Positions 9,647 to 20,818 of a DNA stretch of 64,000 nt are shown in pieces. Under the pieces are notes generated by a model that saw only the letters and a program-made list of their open reading frames with translations, did no database searches and was not told the origin of the DNA. Both the position numbers and the translations under genes were made by a program. Numbering within the stretch: the first letter of the stretch is position 1; each line of letters begins with the position of its first letter. Source of the DNA: an uncultured Pseudomonadota bacterium (lineage in GTDB: Bacteria > Pseudomonadota > Gammaproteobacteria > Ga0077536). The stretch is from positions 17,371 through 81,370 of the forward strand of contig CAIKBL010000026.1 in assembly GCA_903825645.1 (NCBI GenBank). The letters are read 5' to 3'.

Positions 9647-12025
9647 CTAACCTCTGAGCAAGCCCCCCAGTTCGTGGCTGAGAAGGGCCACGATCCCGGA
9701 TACGGCAACTTCTACCTGACTGTCTGTAAGAGTGCTGGAAGGCGCCTGAAAAATCAAGCCCAACGCCAAGCTTTTTTTGTCCGAATCAATGCCTTGCCCC
9801 TGATATACATCAAACAGGTGAAGGTCTCTGAGTAACGCACCCGCAGCCCGCATGACCACCTCAAGCACGCTATCCGCGCTCACGTTTTGGGGCACCACCA
9901 CGGCGATATCGCGCCTGACAGAGGGGAATTTTGAATGGGGTTTGAAGGTTGTAGCGCCTATCGACTCCAACGCCTTCATATTTATATCAAAAACAATCGG
10001 TTCCCCGGAAATATTCATTTCCTTTATGACCTTTGGGTGCAGTTTTCCGATATACCCGAGACGGACGCCTGCGTGGTCTATTGCCGCACACTCGCCGGGA
10101 TGCAGACCCACACAGGTCGCCGGCCTAAACGTCGCTCCCCTCAGTCCACAACCTCTCAGGAGGTTTTCGACATCTTGTTTCACATCAAAGAAGTCTGCTA
10201 CTCGTCCTGGCATACCCCATTGCTCTGCCGCGACCTGTCCCGCGACCAGACCCGCCACGACTAGCCGCTGGTCGAGGGTCGGCCCGCTCCCCGTAAACAC
10301 CATACCCAGTTCAAAAAGACGTGACGACGCGACTTGGCGGTTCTGGTTGTAAACAAGCGCCTGCAAGAGGCCCGGCCAAAGCGTCGAGCGCATGACCGCC
10401 ATATCGCGTGAAATCGGGTTCACGAGCGCTAACGGCTCCGCTTCGTGCGCGAAAAGCTGCCAGTCCTCCCGACGAATGAAACTGTAGGTAATCGCTTCGA
10501 AATAGCCTGCCGTGCTCAATTGTCCTCTGACCAGACTCGCAAGTCCGGTGCGGGGATTGGCTCCCTCAATCTGGATGGGACTCATGGGCTCAGTGACGGG
10601 TATCGTGTCGTAGCCCGCCAGGCGGACCAGCTCTTCAACCAGATCAACCTCTCGCGCCAGATCAAATCGGCAGGAAGGCGGCGTCACCTGCCACGTCTCG
10701 TCCGTACCCTCCGCGATACGGAAACCGAGCCGAACGAAAATGTTACGCGCAGTCTCCGGCGTGAAACGCATGCCGAGAATGGAATTCGCGTACGCGAGCC
10801 GAAAATCGATCGTCGGGACCTTGGGCACAAAATCTTCGAGCGTAGAAACCACCGCCGGCCCCGCTCGTCCCCCGCAAATTTCGAGCACCAAGCGGGTCGC
10901 CATTTCGAGCGCCCGAATCTGCCCCGCGGGATCGACGCCTCGCTCGAAGCGGTGCGATGCATCGGAATGGATTTTGTACTGGCGTGCGGTCCCGGCAATC
11001 TGAACAGGGTCGAAGAACGCGCTTTCGAGAAAAACGCGTTGGGTATGCGTCTGCACACCCGTCTCCGCACCCCCCATAATGCCCGCCAATGCCACGGGTT
11101 TCGTCCCGTCCGCTATGACCATCGTTGCCGGTTCAAGCTGAACCGTCGTCCCATCCAACAGCGCCAGCGTTTCTCCTGACTGTGCTGCACGGACACAAAT
11201 GCCGCCCTTTAAAGTGCCAAGATCGAAGGCATGCATGGGCTGCCCAAGGGCAAGCATGACGTAATTGGTAATATCGACGAGGGGACTAATGGAGCGGATC
11301 CCGCACCGACGCAGACGCTCCGTCAGCCACAGTGGTGATCGCCGATCAGCGTCGACCCCTTCGATAACTCGCCCGACGTAGAGGGGGCACCCGGCGTTCG
11401 CGGCCAGCTTCACGGGGAAAATTTCATCCGAGTCCGGCGCGACGGCCAGAATGGTCGGCATCGTCAGTGGCACGGTCTCAAGCGCGCTAAGTTCGCGTGC
11501 GATCCCCAGCACTGACAGGCAATCACCTCTATTGGGGGTGAGACTGAGCTCAATCACTGAATCGGCGCACGCGGTAAGGCTCTCAAGCGCGGTACCGGGC
11601 GACAAGGTCCGGGGCAGTTCAAGGAGCCCAGCGTGGTCCTCGCCCAGGCCTAATTCCTGCGCGGAGCACAACATTCCCTGCGACTGCTGGCCTCGAATGA
11701 CCGTTTCAACGACGCACGCACCATCTCCCAGTCGGGCGCCGGGAAGAGCGAGACACGTAGTCATGCCGGCGCGCGCATTCGGTGCGCCGCAGACGATGCG
11801 AAGTGCATGGCGCATCCCGGCATCGACCATACAAATGACGAGTCGCGCTGACTCCGGGTGCGGGACGGTACTGATCACGCGTGCGACAACGACGTGCGCC
11901 AAATCAAGACGCAGCGTCTCACACGATTCCACCTCAAGACCGGACATGGTGAGCCGCTCACATAACTCATCCGGCGGACGCGTGATGTTTACAAATTCAG
12001 ACAGCCAGTCAGTATTGATTTTCAT
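9647..12025 (-). CDS. pheT: Phenylalanine--tRNA ligase beta subunit
   Basis: 792 aa; [28 protein letters not shown]. Confidence 0.97.
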   Translation of the reverse strand: MKINTDWLSEFVNITRPPDELCERLTMSGLEVESCETLRLDLAHVVVARVISTVPHPESARLVICMVDAGMRHALRIVCGAPNARAGMTTCLALPGARLGDGACVVETVIRGQQSQGMLCSAQELGLGEDHAGLLELPRTLSPGTALESLTACADSVIELSLTPNRGDCLSVLGIARELSALETVPLTMPTILAVAPDSDEIFPVKLAANAGCPLYVGRVIEGVDADRRSPLWLTERLRRCGIRSISPLVDITNYVMLALGQPMHAFDLGTLKGGICVRAAQSGETLALLDGTTVQLEPATMVIADGTKPVALAGIMGGAETGVQTHTQRVFLESAFFDPVQIAGTARQYKIHSDASHRFERGVDPAGQIRALEMATRLVLEICGGRAGPAVVSTLEDFVPKVPTIDFRLAYANSILGMRFTPETARNIFVRLGFRIAEGTDETWQVTPPSCRFDLAREVDLVEELVRLAGYDTIPVTEPMSPIQIEGANPRTGLASLVRGQLSTAGYFEAITYSFIRREDWQLFAHEAEPLALVNPISRDMAVMRSTLWPGLLQALVYNQNRQVASSRLFELGMVFTGSGPTLDQRLVVAGLVAGQVAAEQWGMPGRVADFFDVKQDVENLLRGCGLRGATFRPATCVGLHPGECAAIDHAGVRLGYIGKLHPKVIKEMNISGEPIVFDINMKALESIGATTFKPHSKFPSVRRDIAVVVPQNVSADSVLEVVMRAAGALLRDLHLFDVYQGQGIDSDKKSLALGLIFQAPSSTLTDSQVEVAVSGIVALLSHELGGLLRG

Positions 12026-12049
12026 GGGGTCGCGTATTGGGCTGAAGAA

Positions 12050-13144
<1,095 letters not shown>

Positions 13145-13155
13145 TTAAACGTCGT

Positions 13156-13515
13156 TTAGTGCGCGAGTGCCGCTTTCGCCCGCTCGACAAGGCTGGCGAA
13201 AGCAGGCTTGTCGTTCACCGCCAAATCGGCCAACACCTTGCGATCTAGTTCAATCGACGCGTGCAAAAGCCCGTTAATAAACCGGGCGTAATTCATCCCA
13301 TGGTTTCGTGCCGCTGCATTGATTCTGACAATCCAAAGCGCACGGAACTCCCGTTTACGCGCTTTGCGATCGCGATAAGCGTATTGACCTGCTTTGGTGA
13401 CCGCCTGCGTCGCTACCCGAAAGACGTTCTTTCGTCTGCCATAGTAGCCCTTCGCACGTTCCAATACCTTCTTGTGGCGCGCATGGGCGATAGTGCCGCG
13501 CTTGACTCTTGCCAT
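13156..13515 (-). CDS. rplT: 50S ribosomal protein L20
   Basis: MARVKRG...AKGYYG...[10 protein letters not shown]. Confidence 0.98.
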   Translation of the reverse strand: MARVKRGTIAHARHKKVLERAKGYYGRRKNVFRVATQAVTKAGQYAYRDRKARKREFRALWIVRINAAARNHGMNYARFINGLLHASIELDRKVLADLAVNDKPAFASLVERAKAALAH

Positions 13516-13534
13516 GGGTGCTTAATCCTGTGAA

Positions 13535-13732
13535 CTAGTGATTCGGAAGTAGTTGCAAAACTTCACGGTGATCGGCCGGAGCCACCATCGCGTTACCTCG
13601 CAACTGACGTTTACGCTTGGCGGACTTTTTGGTGAGGATGTGTCGCTTATGCGACTGTCGTCGCTTGAAGCGTCCGCTTCCTGTTTTAGCGAAGCGCTTT
13701 GCGGCTCCGCGGTTGGTTCGAATCTTCGGCAT
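13535..13732 (-). CDS. rpmI: 50S ribosomal protein L35
   Basis: [14 protein letters not shown]...HILTKK. Confidence 0.98.
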   Translation of the reverse strand: MPKIRTNRGAAKRFAKTGSGRFKRRQSHKRHILTKKSAKRKRQLRGNAMVAPADHREVLQLLPNH

Positions 13733-13763
13733 AAAAAATTCCGCTTGAAAAATCTATAGATCT

Positions 13764-14285
13764 TTAATGTTTTTTGGGAGCAATAAGCATGACCATCTGC
13801 CTCCCCTCGAGCTTCGCGTGCTGTTCAACAAGCGCGATATTCACTAAATCACCTTCAACACGTTGCAACATCCGCGCCCCCAAGTCTTGGTGGGCCATCT
13901 CTCGCCCCCGGAAGCGGAGGGTGATTTTTACCTTATCGCCTTCTTCGATGAATCGCTTCACGTTCCTCATCTTGATTTCATAATCCCCGTCGTCCGTAGC
14001 CGGGCGGAGTTTAATTTCTTTGACTTGGATCTGCTTCTGCTTGCGTTTGGCGGCATGCTTTTTCTTGTTCACTTCGAACAAGAACTTCCCGAAATCCATC
14101 ACCCTACAAACCGGCGGCTCTGCTGTGGGGACTATTTCGACAAGGTCGAGGCCGCTTTCCTGTGCTTGGCGACGAGCTTCAGCCACTGGCACAACGCCCA
14201 CATTTTCGCCGTCTGCCGCAATCAGGCGGACTTCGGGAGCAGAAATCTCCTCGTTGACGCGATTCTTCTTTTCCGAAACGATAAT
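13764..14285 (-). CDS. infC: Translation initiation factor IF-3 with non-canonical AUU start (173 aa)
   Basis: The frame extends upstream of the tracked ATG ([15 protein letters not shown]) to ATT at 14285, 5 nt after AGGAGG (14296-14291), which overlaps the thrS stop. Confidence 0.93.
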   Translation of the reverse strand: MIVSEKKNRVNEEISAPEVRLIAADGENVGVVPVAEARRQAQESGLDLVEIVPTAEPPVCRVMDFGKFLFEVNKKKHAAKRKQKQIQVKEIKLRPATDDGDYEIKMRNVKRFIEEGDKVKITLRFRGREMAHQDLGARMLQRVEGDLVNIALVEQHAKLEGRQMVMLIAPKKH

Positions 14286-14294
14286 TCAATCCTC

Positions 14295-16211
14295 CTAAGA
14301 TTCAGTGCCCCGCTGCGCGACATCCTCCGCCAAATGTGCCGCGAATTGCGCGACCGGCATGGCGCCGAGGTCTTTTCCACCGCGTGTGCGAACTGCGACT
14401 GTATGACTTTCGACTTCCCGCTCTCCGATGATCAGCAGATACGGGACCCGCTGCAGCGTGTGCTCCCGGATCTTAAGCCCGATCTTCTCGTTTCTCAAGT
14501 CCGTGATTGCTCGGAATCCTTGATTTTCCAAGGATTCTGAAACTTCCGCCGCAAATCTCCCGAATCGCTCAGTAATACTTAGGGTTGCCACCTGAACTGG
14601 CGCGAGCCACGCGGGCAGTACCCCGGCATGGTGCTCAATCAGGATGCCGATGAAGCGCTCCAGCGATCCGAGAATTGCGCGGTGCAGCATGACGGGTGCG
14701 CGGCGCGAATTGTCCTCAGCGACAAATTCGGCCCCGAGCCGCGTCGGGAGGGAGAAATCGAGCTGGATGGTGCCGCACTGCCAAACCCGTCCAATGGAGT
14801 CTCGAAGTGAAAATTCGATCTTGGGCCCATAAAAGGCGCCCTCGCCTGGCTGCAGACCCCATTCCATCTGCTTGCTGTCCAGTGCAAATCGCAGTGCTTC
14901 CTCTGCCTTGTCCCAAGTTTCGTCCGAACCGACTCGCTTAGGGGGGCGGGTCGAGAGCTTGACTTCGATCTGGTTGAAGCCGAAATCCGCGTAGACCAAC
15001 CTCAGCAAATCGATGAATCGAGCGACCTCTTCCTGTATCTGCGCTTCCGTGCAGAAGATGTGTGCATCATCCTGCGTAAACGCCCGCACACGCATCAGAC
15101 CGTGCAAGGCACCAGAAGGCTCGTTGCGATGACACGCGCCGAACTCGGCAAGTCTGAGCGGCAGATCTCGGTAGCTTTTGAGTCCTTGGTTAAATATCTG
15201 GACATGTCCGGGACAATTCATCGGCTTAACTGCGAATTCACGCTCTTCCGAGTCGGTGACGAACATGTTCTCGCGAAAATTTTCCCAGTGGCCAGACCGT
15301 TTCCACAAGTTGGAATCCAAAATTTGCGGACAGCGGACCTCACGATAACCATTCTTGCGCAGTACCTGGCGCAGATACTGCTCAACCTGTTGCCAGAGGG
15401 TCCACCCGCGTTCGTGCCAGAACGCCATGCCCGGCGACTCTTCCTGGAAGTGGAAGAGATCAAGCTGTTTACCAATACGCCGGTGGTCTCGTTTTTCAGC
15501 TTCTTCGAGGCGAGTCAGATACTCTTCTAGCGATTTCGTATCGCTCCAAGCGGTTCCGTAAATCCTTTGGAGCATTTCATTCCGGGAATCACCACGCCAG
15601 TAAGCACCGGCAATTTTGGTCAGCTTGAACGCCCGTAATTTGCCCGTACTCGGCACATGAGGCCCTCGGCACAGATCGGTAAAGTCGCCCTGGCTGTAGA
15701 GTGACAGTGGCTCCCCTTCGGGAATCGACCGGATAATCTCGGCCTTGTAGCGCTCCCCAATCGAGTCAAAGAAACTCACCGCGCTATCTCTGGCTAGGAC
15801 TTTTCGCGCGACCGGCAAATCCAGCTTAGCCAGCTCGCTCATCTTCTGTTCGATCGCGGAAAGGTCTTCTGGCGTGAATGATCGCTCGTAGGCGAAATCA
15901 TAATAAAAGCCGTTCTCAACGACCGGCCCGATGGTGACTTGTGCAGAGGGGTAAAGGGCTTTTACCGCCTGCGCCAGCAGATGCGCGGTACTATGACGGA
16001 TAACTTCAAGGCCTTCCGGCTGACTTGCTGTAATCAGGCTAACAGCCGCGTCTTGATCGATAACAAAACTGGTGTCTACCAAGCGATCATTCACCCGCCC
16101 CGCAAGCGCCGCCTTAGCAAGTCCGGGACCGATGGCCTTCGCTACGTCCAGTACGGACACGGGGCCGTCGAATTGTCTGAGAGAGCCATCCGGGAGCGTA
16201 ATCGCGAGCAT
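14295..16211 (-). CDS. thrS: Threonine--tRNA ligase
   Basis: Start chosen at [10 protein letters not shown] with upstream GAGG; [39 protein letters not shown]. Confidence 0.97.
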   Translation of the reverse strand: MLAITLPDGSLRQFDGPVSVLDVAKAIGPGLAKAALAGRVNDRLVDTSFVIDQDAAVSLITASQPEGLEVIRHSTAHLLAQAVKALYPSAQVTIGPVVENGFYYDFAYERSFTPEDLSAIEQKMSELAKLDLPVARKVLARDSAVSFFDSIGERYKAEIIRSIPEGEPLSLYSQGDFTDLCRGPHVPSTGKLRAFKLTKIAGAYWRGDSRNEMLQRIYGTAWSDTKSLEEYLTRLEEAEKRDHRRIGKQLDLFHFQEESPGMAFWHERGWTLWQQVEQYLRQVLRKNGYREVRCPQILDSNLWKRSGHWENFRENMFVTDSEEREFAVKPMNCPGHVQIFNQGLKSYRDLPLRLAEFGACHRNEPSGALHGLMRVRAFTQDDAHIFCTEAQIQEEVARFIDLLRLVYADFGFNQIEVKLSTRPPKRVGSDETWDKAEEALRFALDSKQMEWGLQPGEGAFYGPKIEFSLRDSIGRVWQCGTIQLDFSLPTRLGAEFVAEDNSRRAPVMLHRAILGSLERFIGILIEHHAGVLPAWLAPVQVATLSITERFGRFAAEVSESLENQGFRAITDLRNEKIGLKIREHTLQRVPYLLIIGEREVESHTVAVRTRGGKDLGAMPVAQFAAHLAEDVAQRGTES

Positions 16212-16228
16212 GTCAGAAACTTCCTCGG

Positions 16229-16247
16229 TGACCTTTACGGGGGGCCA
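16229..16247 (-). promoter_or_regulatory. Putative thrS translational operator (tRNA-Thr anticodon-arm mimic)
   Basis: UGGCC-C-[CC CGU AA]-A-GGUCA hairpin directly 5' of the SD, with CGU at -28..-26. Confidence 0.5.
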
Positions 16248-16326
16248 TTTCGCCGAAATCAACGGACGCCGCCCGCACGCATGTCTGCAGCATCCGCAGA
16301 CCGGGCGGGGCTTTGTGAATAAGTTT

Positions 16327-16403
16327 TGGTAGGCGCGATTGGACTCGAACCAACGACCCCCACCATGTCAAGGTGGTGCTCTAACCAGCTGAGCTACGCG
16401 CCT
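16327..16403 (-). tRNA. tRNA-Val(GAC)
   Basis: AGGCGCG...CCACC-TTGACAT-GGTGG...TTCGAGT...ACCA, 77 nt. Confidence 0.96.
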
Positions 16404-16445
16404 GTCGTCGTTTTCAGGGGCGAGAGTATAGCCCAATTCCCAACG

Positions 16446-18470
16446 TCAAACCAGCGGTGCGGGAATTCCAAACTGAATCCCCTTCAGAATCTGTATTTCG
16501 TCTCGTATGCGCGCGGCTTCCTCAAATTCCAGATCGCGTGCCCGGGTGAACATTTCCGCTTCGAGTTTTTTGAGCTTCGCGGTCGCCTGCTCCAGTGAAA
16601 GACCACGATAACTCTCGCTGGCATCTGACGTACGACGAGCGGCCCCTCGTCGATTTGAACCTGGGACGGCATAGGCTCCCTCCATGACGTCGGTCACCTG
16701 CTTCTTAATCCCCGTCGGGGTAATCCCATGTTCCAGGTTAAAAGCCGATTGCACGGCCCGGCGTCTGTCCATTTCACTTAGCGCGCGCTGCATCGAGCCT
16801 GTCATGTGATCGGCATAAAGGATCGCGCGCCCCGAAATATTACGAGCGGCCCGTCCAACGGTCTGGATGAGGGAACGATCTGAACGTAGAAATCCCTCTT
16901 TGTCTGCATCCAGAATCGCGACCAACGAAACTTCAGGGATATCGAGCCCCTCCCGCAGCAGATTAATGCCGACCAGTACGTCAAACTCGCCGAGCCGAAG
17001 ATCACGGAGGATTTCGACGCGCTCAACCGTGTCGATATCGGAATGTAGGTATCTGACCCGCACTCCGTGCTCGCTCAGGTAGTCGGTCAGATCCTCGGAC
17101 ATTCGCTTGGTCAGTGTGGTCACTAATACGCGTTCACCAAGCGCCGTGACTTTTTTTATTTCCGAGAGCAAATCGTCCACCTGCGTTGCGGCCGGTCGGA
17201 TGTCGACCTGAGGGTCAATCAATCCCGTTGGCCGCACTACCAGCTCCACAACCCGTCCTGAGCGCTCGGTCTCGTAGTGACCTGGGGTGGCGGAGACAAA
17301 GATGGTCTGGGGTGAAAATTTCTCCCACTCATCGAACCGCAAGGGTCGGTTATCCAGCGCGCAAGGCAGACGAAACCCGTATTCAACCAAATTTTCTTTG
17401 CGTGCTCGGTCACCTTTATACATCCCGCCCAGTTGCGGAATCGTGACATGGCTCTCATCAACGACCAAGAGCGCATTCGCCGGCAAGTACTCAAAAAGAG
17501 TCGGCGGCGGTTCGCCCGGCTTGCGCCCAGAAAGATGCCTTGAATAATTTTCAATGCCCGCGCAATACCCAATTTCAGCCATCATCTCTAGGTCAAAACG
17601 CGTACGTTGTTCGAGTCGCTGCGCCTCGAGGAGCTTCCCCACATCGCGCAGATTTTTGAGGCGCACGCGAAGTTCTTCCTTGATGGCGTCGACCGCGCCG
17701 AGGATCGTTTCGCGACTCGTCACGTAGTGCGATTTAGGGTAGACGGTGAAACGAGGTAACTGACGGGTCACCTCTCCCGTGAGCGGATCGAATTGGGCGA
17801 GGGTTTCGATGTCGTCATCAAACATCTGCACCCGGAGTGCATCTCGCTCCGATTCTGCCGGATAAATGTCGATAACGTCGCCCCGAACACGATAGGTTCC
17901 CCGGCCAAGCTCGAGATCGTTGCGGACATACTGCATCTCAGTGAGGCGTTTCAGGATCTGGCGCTGGCTGATTTTATCGCCGCGCCGCAAATGCAGCACC
18001 ATCGCGTGATACTCGCCGGGATCTCCGAGTCCGTAGATGGCAGAAACCGTCGCGACAATGATTGAGTCCGGACGCTCTAGCAGCGCCTTGGTCGCCGATA
18101 ATCGCATCTGCTCGATGTGATCATTGATGGAGGCGTCCTTCTCGATATAGGTATCGGAGGAAGGAACATAAGCCTCCGGTTGGTAATAGTCGTAGTACGA
18201 GACAAAATACTCCACAGCGTTTTCGGGAAAAAAGTCCCGCATCTCACCGTATAACTGCGCGGCGAGCGTCTTGTTCGGCGCAAGCACCAAAGCCGGCCTC
18301 TGCACCGTTTGGATGAGATTGGCAATCGTAAATGTCTTTCCCGAACCCGTTACACCCAGCAACGTCTGGTGAGCCAAGCCCTGTTGCACGCCCTCTATGA
18401 GCTCAAAGATAGCCGTCGGTTGCCCGCCAGCGGGCGCGAACGGAGAGGTTAGCTGAAAGCGTTTTTCCAT
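16446..18470 (-). CDS. uvrB: Excinuclease ABC subunit B
   Basis: [34 protein letters not shown]-terminal UVR motif. Confidence 0.98.
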   Translation of the reverse strand: MEKRFQLTSPFAPAGGQPTAIFELIEGVQQGLAHQTLLGVTGSGKTFTIANLIQTVQRPALVLAPNKTLAAQLYGEMRDFFPENAVEYFVSYYDYYQPEAYVPSSDTYIEKDASINDHIEQMRLSATKALLERPDSIIVATVSAIYGLGDPGEYHAMVLHLRRGDKISQRQILKRLTEMQYVRNDLELGRGTYRVRGDVIDIYPAESERDALRVQMFDDDIETLAQFDPLTGEVTRQLPRFTVYPKSHYVTSRETILGAVDAIKEELRVRLKNLRDVGKLLEAQRLEQRTRFDLEMMAEIGYCAGIENYSRHLSGRKPGEPPPTLFEYLPANALLVVDESHVTIPQLGGMYKGDRARKENLVEYGFRLPCALDNRPLRFDEWEKFSPQTIFVSATPGHYETERSGRVVELVVRPTGLIDPQVDIRPAATQVDDLLSEIKKVTALGERVLVTTLTKRMSEDLTDYLSEHGVRVRYLHSDIDTVERVEILRDLRLGEFDVLVGINLLREGLDIPEVSLVAILDADKEGFLRSDRSLIQTVGRAARNISGRAILYADHMTGSMQRALSEMDRRRAVQSAFNLEHGITPTGIKKQVTDVMEGAYAVPGSNRRGAARRTSDASESYRGLSLEQATAKLKKLEAEMFTRARDLEFEEAARIRDEIQILKGIQFGIPAPLV

Positions 18471-18586
18471 TTTCTGTTTCCGGCAAGTAACGACCGAGGG
18501 CCTTATCGCCGAGCATTATCAGCCCTAAGTCGCTAACTCGCTCTCTTTATCTAGCGCATTCGCGCTCGAGAATCCCGCTCAAATGA

Positions 18587-18615
18587 TTGACCCGCCACAA
18601 GCCCACGATTAGTAT
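18587..18615 (+). promoter_or_regulatory. Sigma70 promoter for tRNA-Asn
   Basis: TTGACC-N17-TAGTAT, 17 nt upstream of the tRNA. Confidence 0.65.
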
Positions 18616-18632
18616 GCGCAACTTCCGACCAA

Positions 18633-18708
<76 letters not shown>

Positions 18709-19157
18709 AATAATGGAATTGAAGTTTCATTCGGAACAGAGTACCTCTGCATCCTGTTGAGATGCGTCGAGTCTTCTGGTCGAAAAAGCAAGCGGTTGGC
18801 GATGTTCACTAAAAACAGCGCCCCCAAGAGAGCAGTGCCCACTCGCAGTGAGTGCCTTTAGCGACCCACAGCGAGCACCATGTAGAAATTCGGAGATCCG
18901 CTCAGACGCTTTCGCTGAGCGAGGTCCACGCCAGTATGAGGTCTATCGCCCGCCGCCCACGAAGGTCAATCGATCCGAACACTGCCTCGACAGGTCATGC
19001 CCTCCTCTGCTTCTGCCTATTCGCCTTACAGAATCGTTCAAGATGGTTGGGGATCAATAACCAAATTTGGAAATGAAAGGTTATTTGAGTAATCTTACAA
19101 GACTATTAGAAGAACCTCGGGTCGCGAGACCCCAACCCATACTGTTCGAAACGATTA

Positions 19158-20561
19158 CTAATCCCGCAGTGATAGACGCCGCAACGGTGTTTTATCCACC
19201 AACTCTTTTTCGCGCGCAGCCATCCTCATGAGTCCAAGCTCAATCTGAGCTCCTCTCCACGTCAAGAAGAGTCGCACGCCCCGAAATAAAGTCGCGACAA
19301 GAGATAGTATCTTTCTTACTCTTTTATTTCGGTCGGTTTTCCATATTTTTTTTAAGAAATTTCTGTGAGGGCCTCCCCAAAACACAAAAGCAACACAGTG
19401 GACGAATAGTTGAGACGCACGACGATACCTGAAGTATTCGAACACTTCTCCTGCCCCCTCAGACGTAGCCGAAGTTTGTAAGGCGTACCCTAAATACTTA
19501 ATCGATCCCTGTAATAAAGATTCAATAAGTTTTCGATCTTGGATCGATAACTCATCGCGCCACGCATCCCGCGTAATATTCGGATTAAGCGAGGATACGT
19601 TTTTTTTAACCGCCGAGTTTCCATGCCACAGACGACCATTAAACGTAGACTGAAGCAGGCAATCGTTGAAATCGATCCCCAGCCAATCACACAAATGACG
19701 AAGTGCAGCGTTGTTCAAAACATGCAGATCCTCTAAATCAATGAGGCGACTATGGTTAGGTTGTAGACGACACACCCAGTTACTCAACTCGGAACAACCT
19801 GCAGAGTAATTATATTCACTCAAAAAAAAGGCTATCGTCGGAACGTCGCTAAAAAAAAGAGGCATCCGTGATTCATGGATTTTTTTCCAAGAGACCCAGT
19901 CTTGTCGTGGGTCACGCGTCATCCCAATCAAGTAGAGTCCTGGAAAATCTTCCAGCAGAGCCTCCCACTCAGTCTGCACATGTTTATGCACGTGAAAAAA
20001 AATATATTTTATATTCTTAACGGAAAGGGTTCTAACGCACATGCCATATGCGATATGCATGAGAATGAAAAACTCTCTCCTAGAGATTGGCCAGTCTCGA
20101 CTGAAAAATTCATATTTATCGGCGAGACGTAGGAGTTCGTCTTTAAATTGTTCTGGATTGACGATTAAATTTTCGTCACCGCCGATTCCAAATCTAGTCG
20201 GAGAAAGCGCGTCCAAGTCCAGTATATAACCTCCTCCGGAGGTATCGAATATCCCAGGAAAGGTTTTGATGAACAGGTCAATCTGTCGCCCCAGGTTGGG
20301 AATCGATACGGGTATCTGCGCATACATCGCACCATAAAAAGGTAACGAAAGTACTTCAGGATGGCCATCAAACAGACTCTGGATCAGAACGGATCCGGCG
20401 CGCCCATGGGCAGTCGTGACGATTAGCTGCAGGTCTTCAAAAAAACCTTCACTATTTTTGTGAAAATCCGATGTATCAAGGACGGATCCTGACTGTGCCT
20501 GGTCGCGGTCGTTAGGCGCTGGAATAAGATCGATTTCCGGAACCACTGGCATAGTCGTCAT
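19158..20561 (-). CDS. Sulfotransferase-fold protein
   Basis: 5'-PSB-like HGRAGSVLIQSLFDGHPEV and 3'-PB-like MTRDPRQDWVS; later EDL...LCDWLGIDF segment typical of the family. Confidence 0.7.
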   Translation of the reverse strand: MTTMPVVPEIDLIPAPNDRDQAQSGSVLDTSDFHKNSEGFFEDLQLIVTTAHGRAGSVLIQSLFDGHPEVLSLPFYGAMYAQIPVSIPNLGRQIDLFIKTFPGIFDTSGGGYILDLDALSPTRFGIGGDENLIVNPEQFKDELLRLADKYEFFSRDWPISRREFFILMHIAYGMCVRTLSVKNIKYIFFHVHKHVQTEWEALLEDFPGLYLIGMTRDPRQDWVSWKKIHESRMPLFFSDVPTIAFFLSEYNYSAGCSELSNWVCRLQPNHSRLIDLEDLHVLNNAALRHLCDWLGIDFNDCLLQSTFNGRLWHGNSAVKKNVSSLNPNITRDAWRDELSIQDRKLIESLLQGSIKYLGYALQTSATSEGAGEVFEYFRYRRASQLFVHCVAFVFWGGPHRNFLKKIWKTDRNKRVRKILSLVATLFRGVRLFLTWRGAQIELGLMRMAAREKELVDKTPLRRLSLRD

Positions 20562-20818
20562 CAGTTTCCTGCGTGTTCCGCTAAAGATGTCGGTTAGTTT
20601 AGATATTCATCAGTCCATTTTTCAACCGGGATAGGCACTGTTTCAGAATATGCCCCTGCTCTAAGACCATTTTCTCGACGCAATCTGATCCCGGCTCGGC
20701 ACTAAAAAGGCGCGCAGACCAAATTCTAATGGTCTATTTCATCCATCGTCTGCGCTGAGCGTCCACGAGACAGTAGACGCTTAATCGTCTAAATTCTTAA
20801 TAGCTCGAGAGAAAAAGA

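Noticed and set aside
10445-11179. Long antisense ORFs (also 38375-39124, 39880-40605, 50930-51628, 51914-52708, 52846-53685)
   Set aside because: Shadow or overlapping frames on well-supported genes in GC-rich DNA; no motifs or RBS.
16326-16598. [14 protein letters not shown]... (also 18609-18842 and 8640-8915)
   Set aside because: These are translations of tRNA antisense strands.
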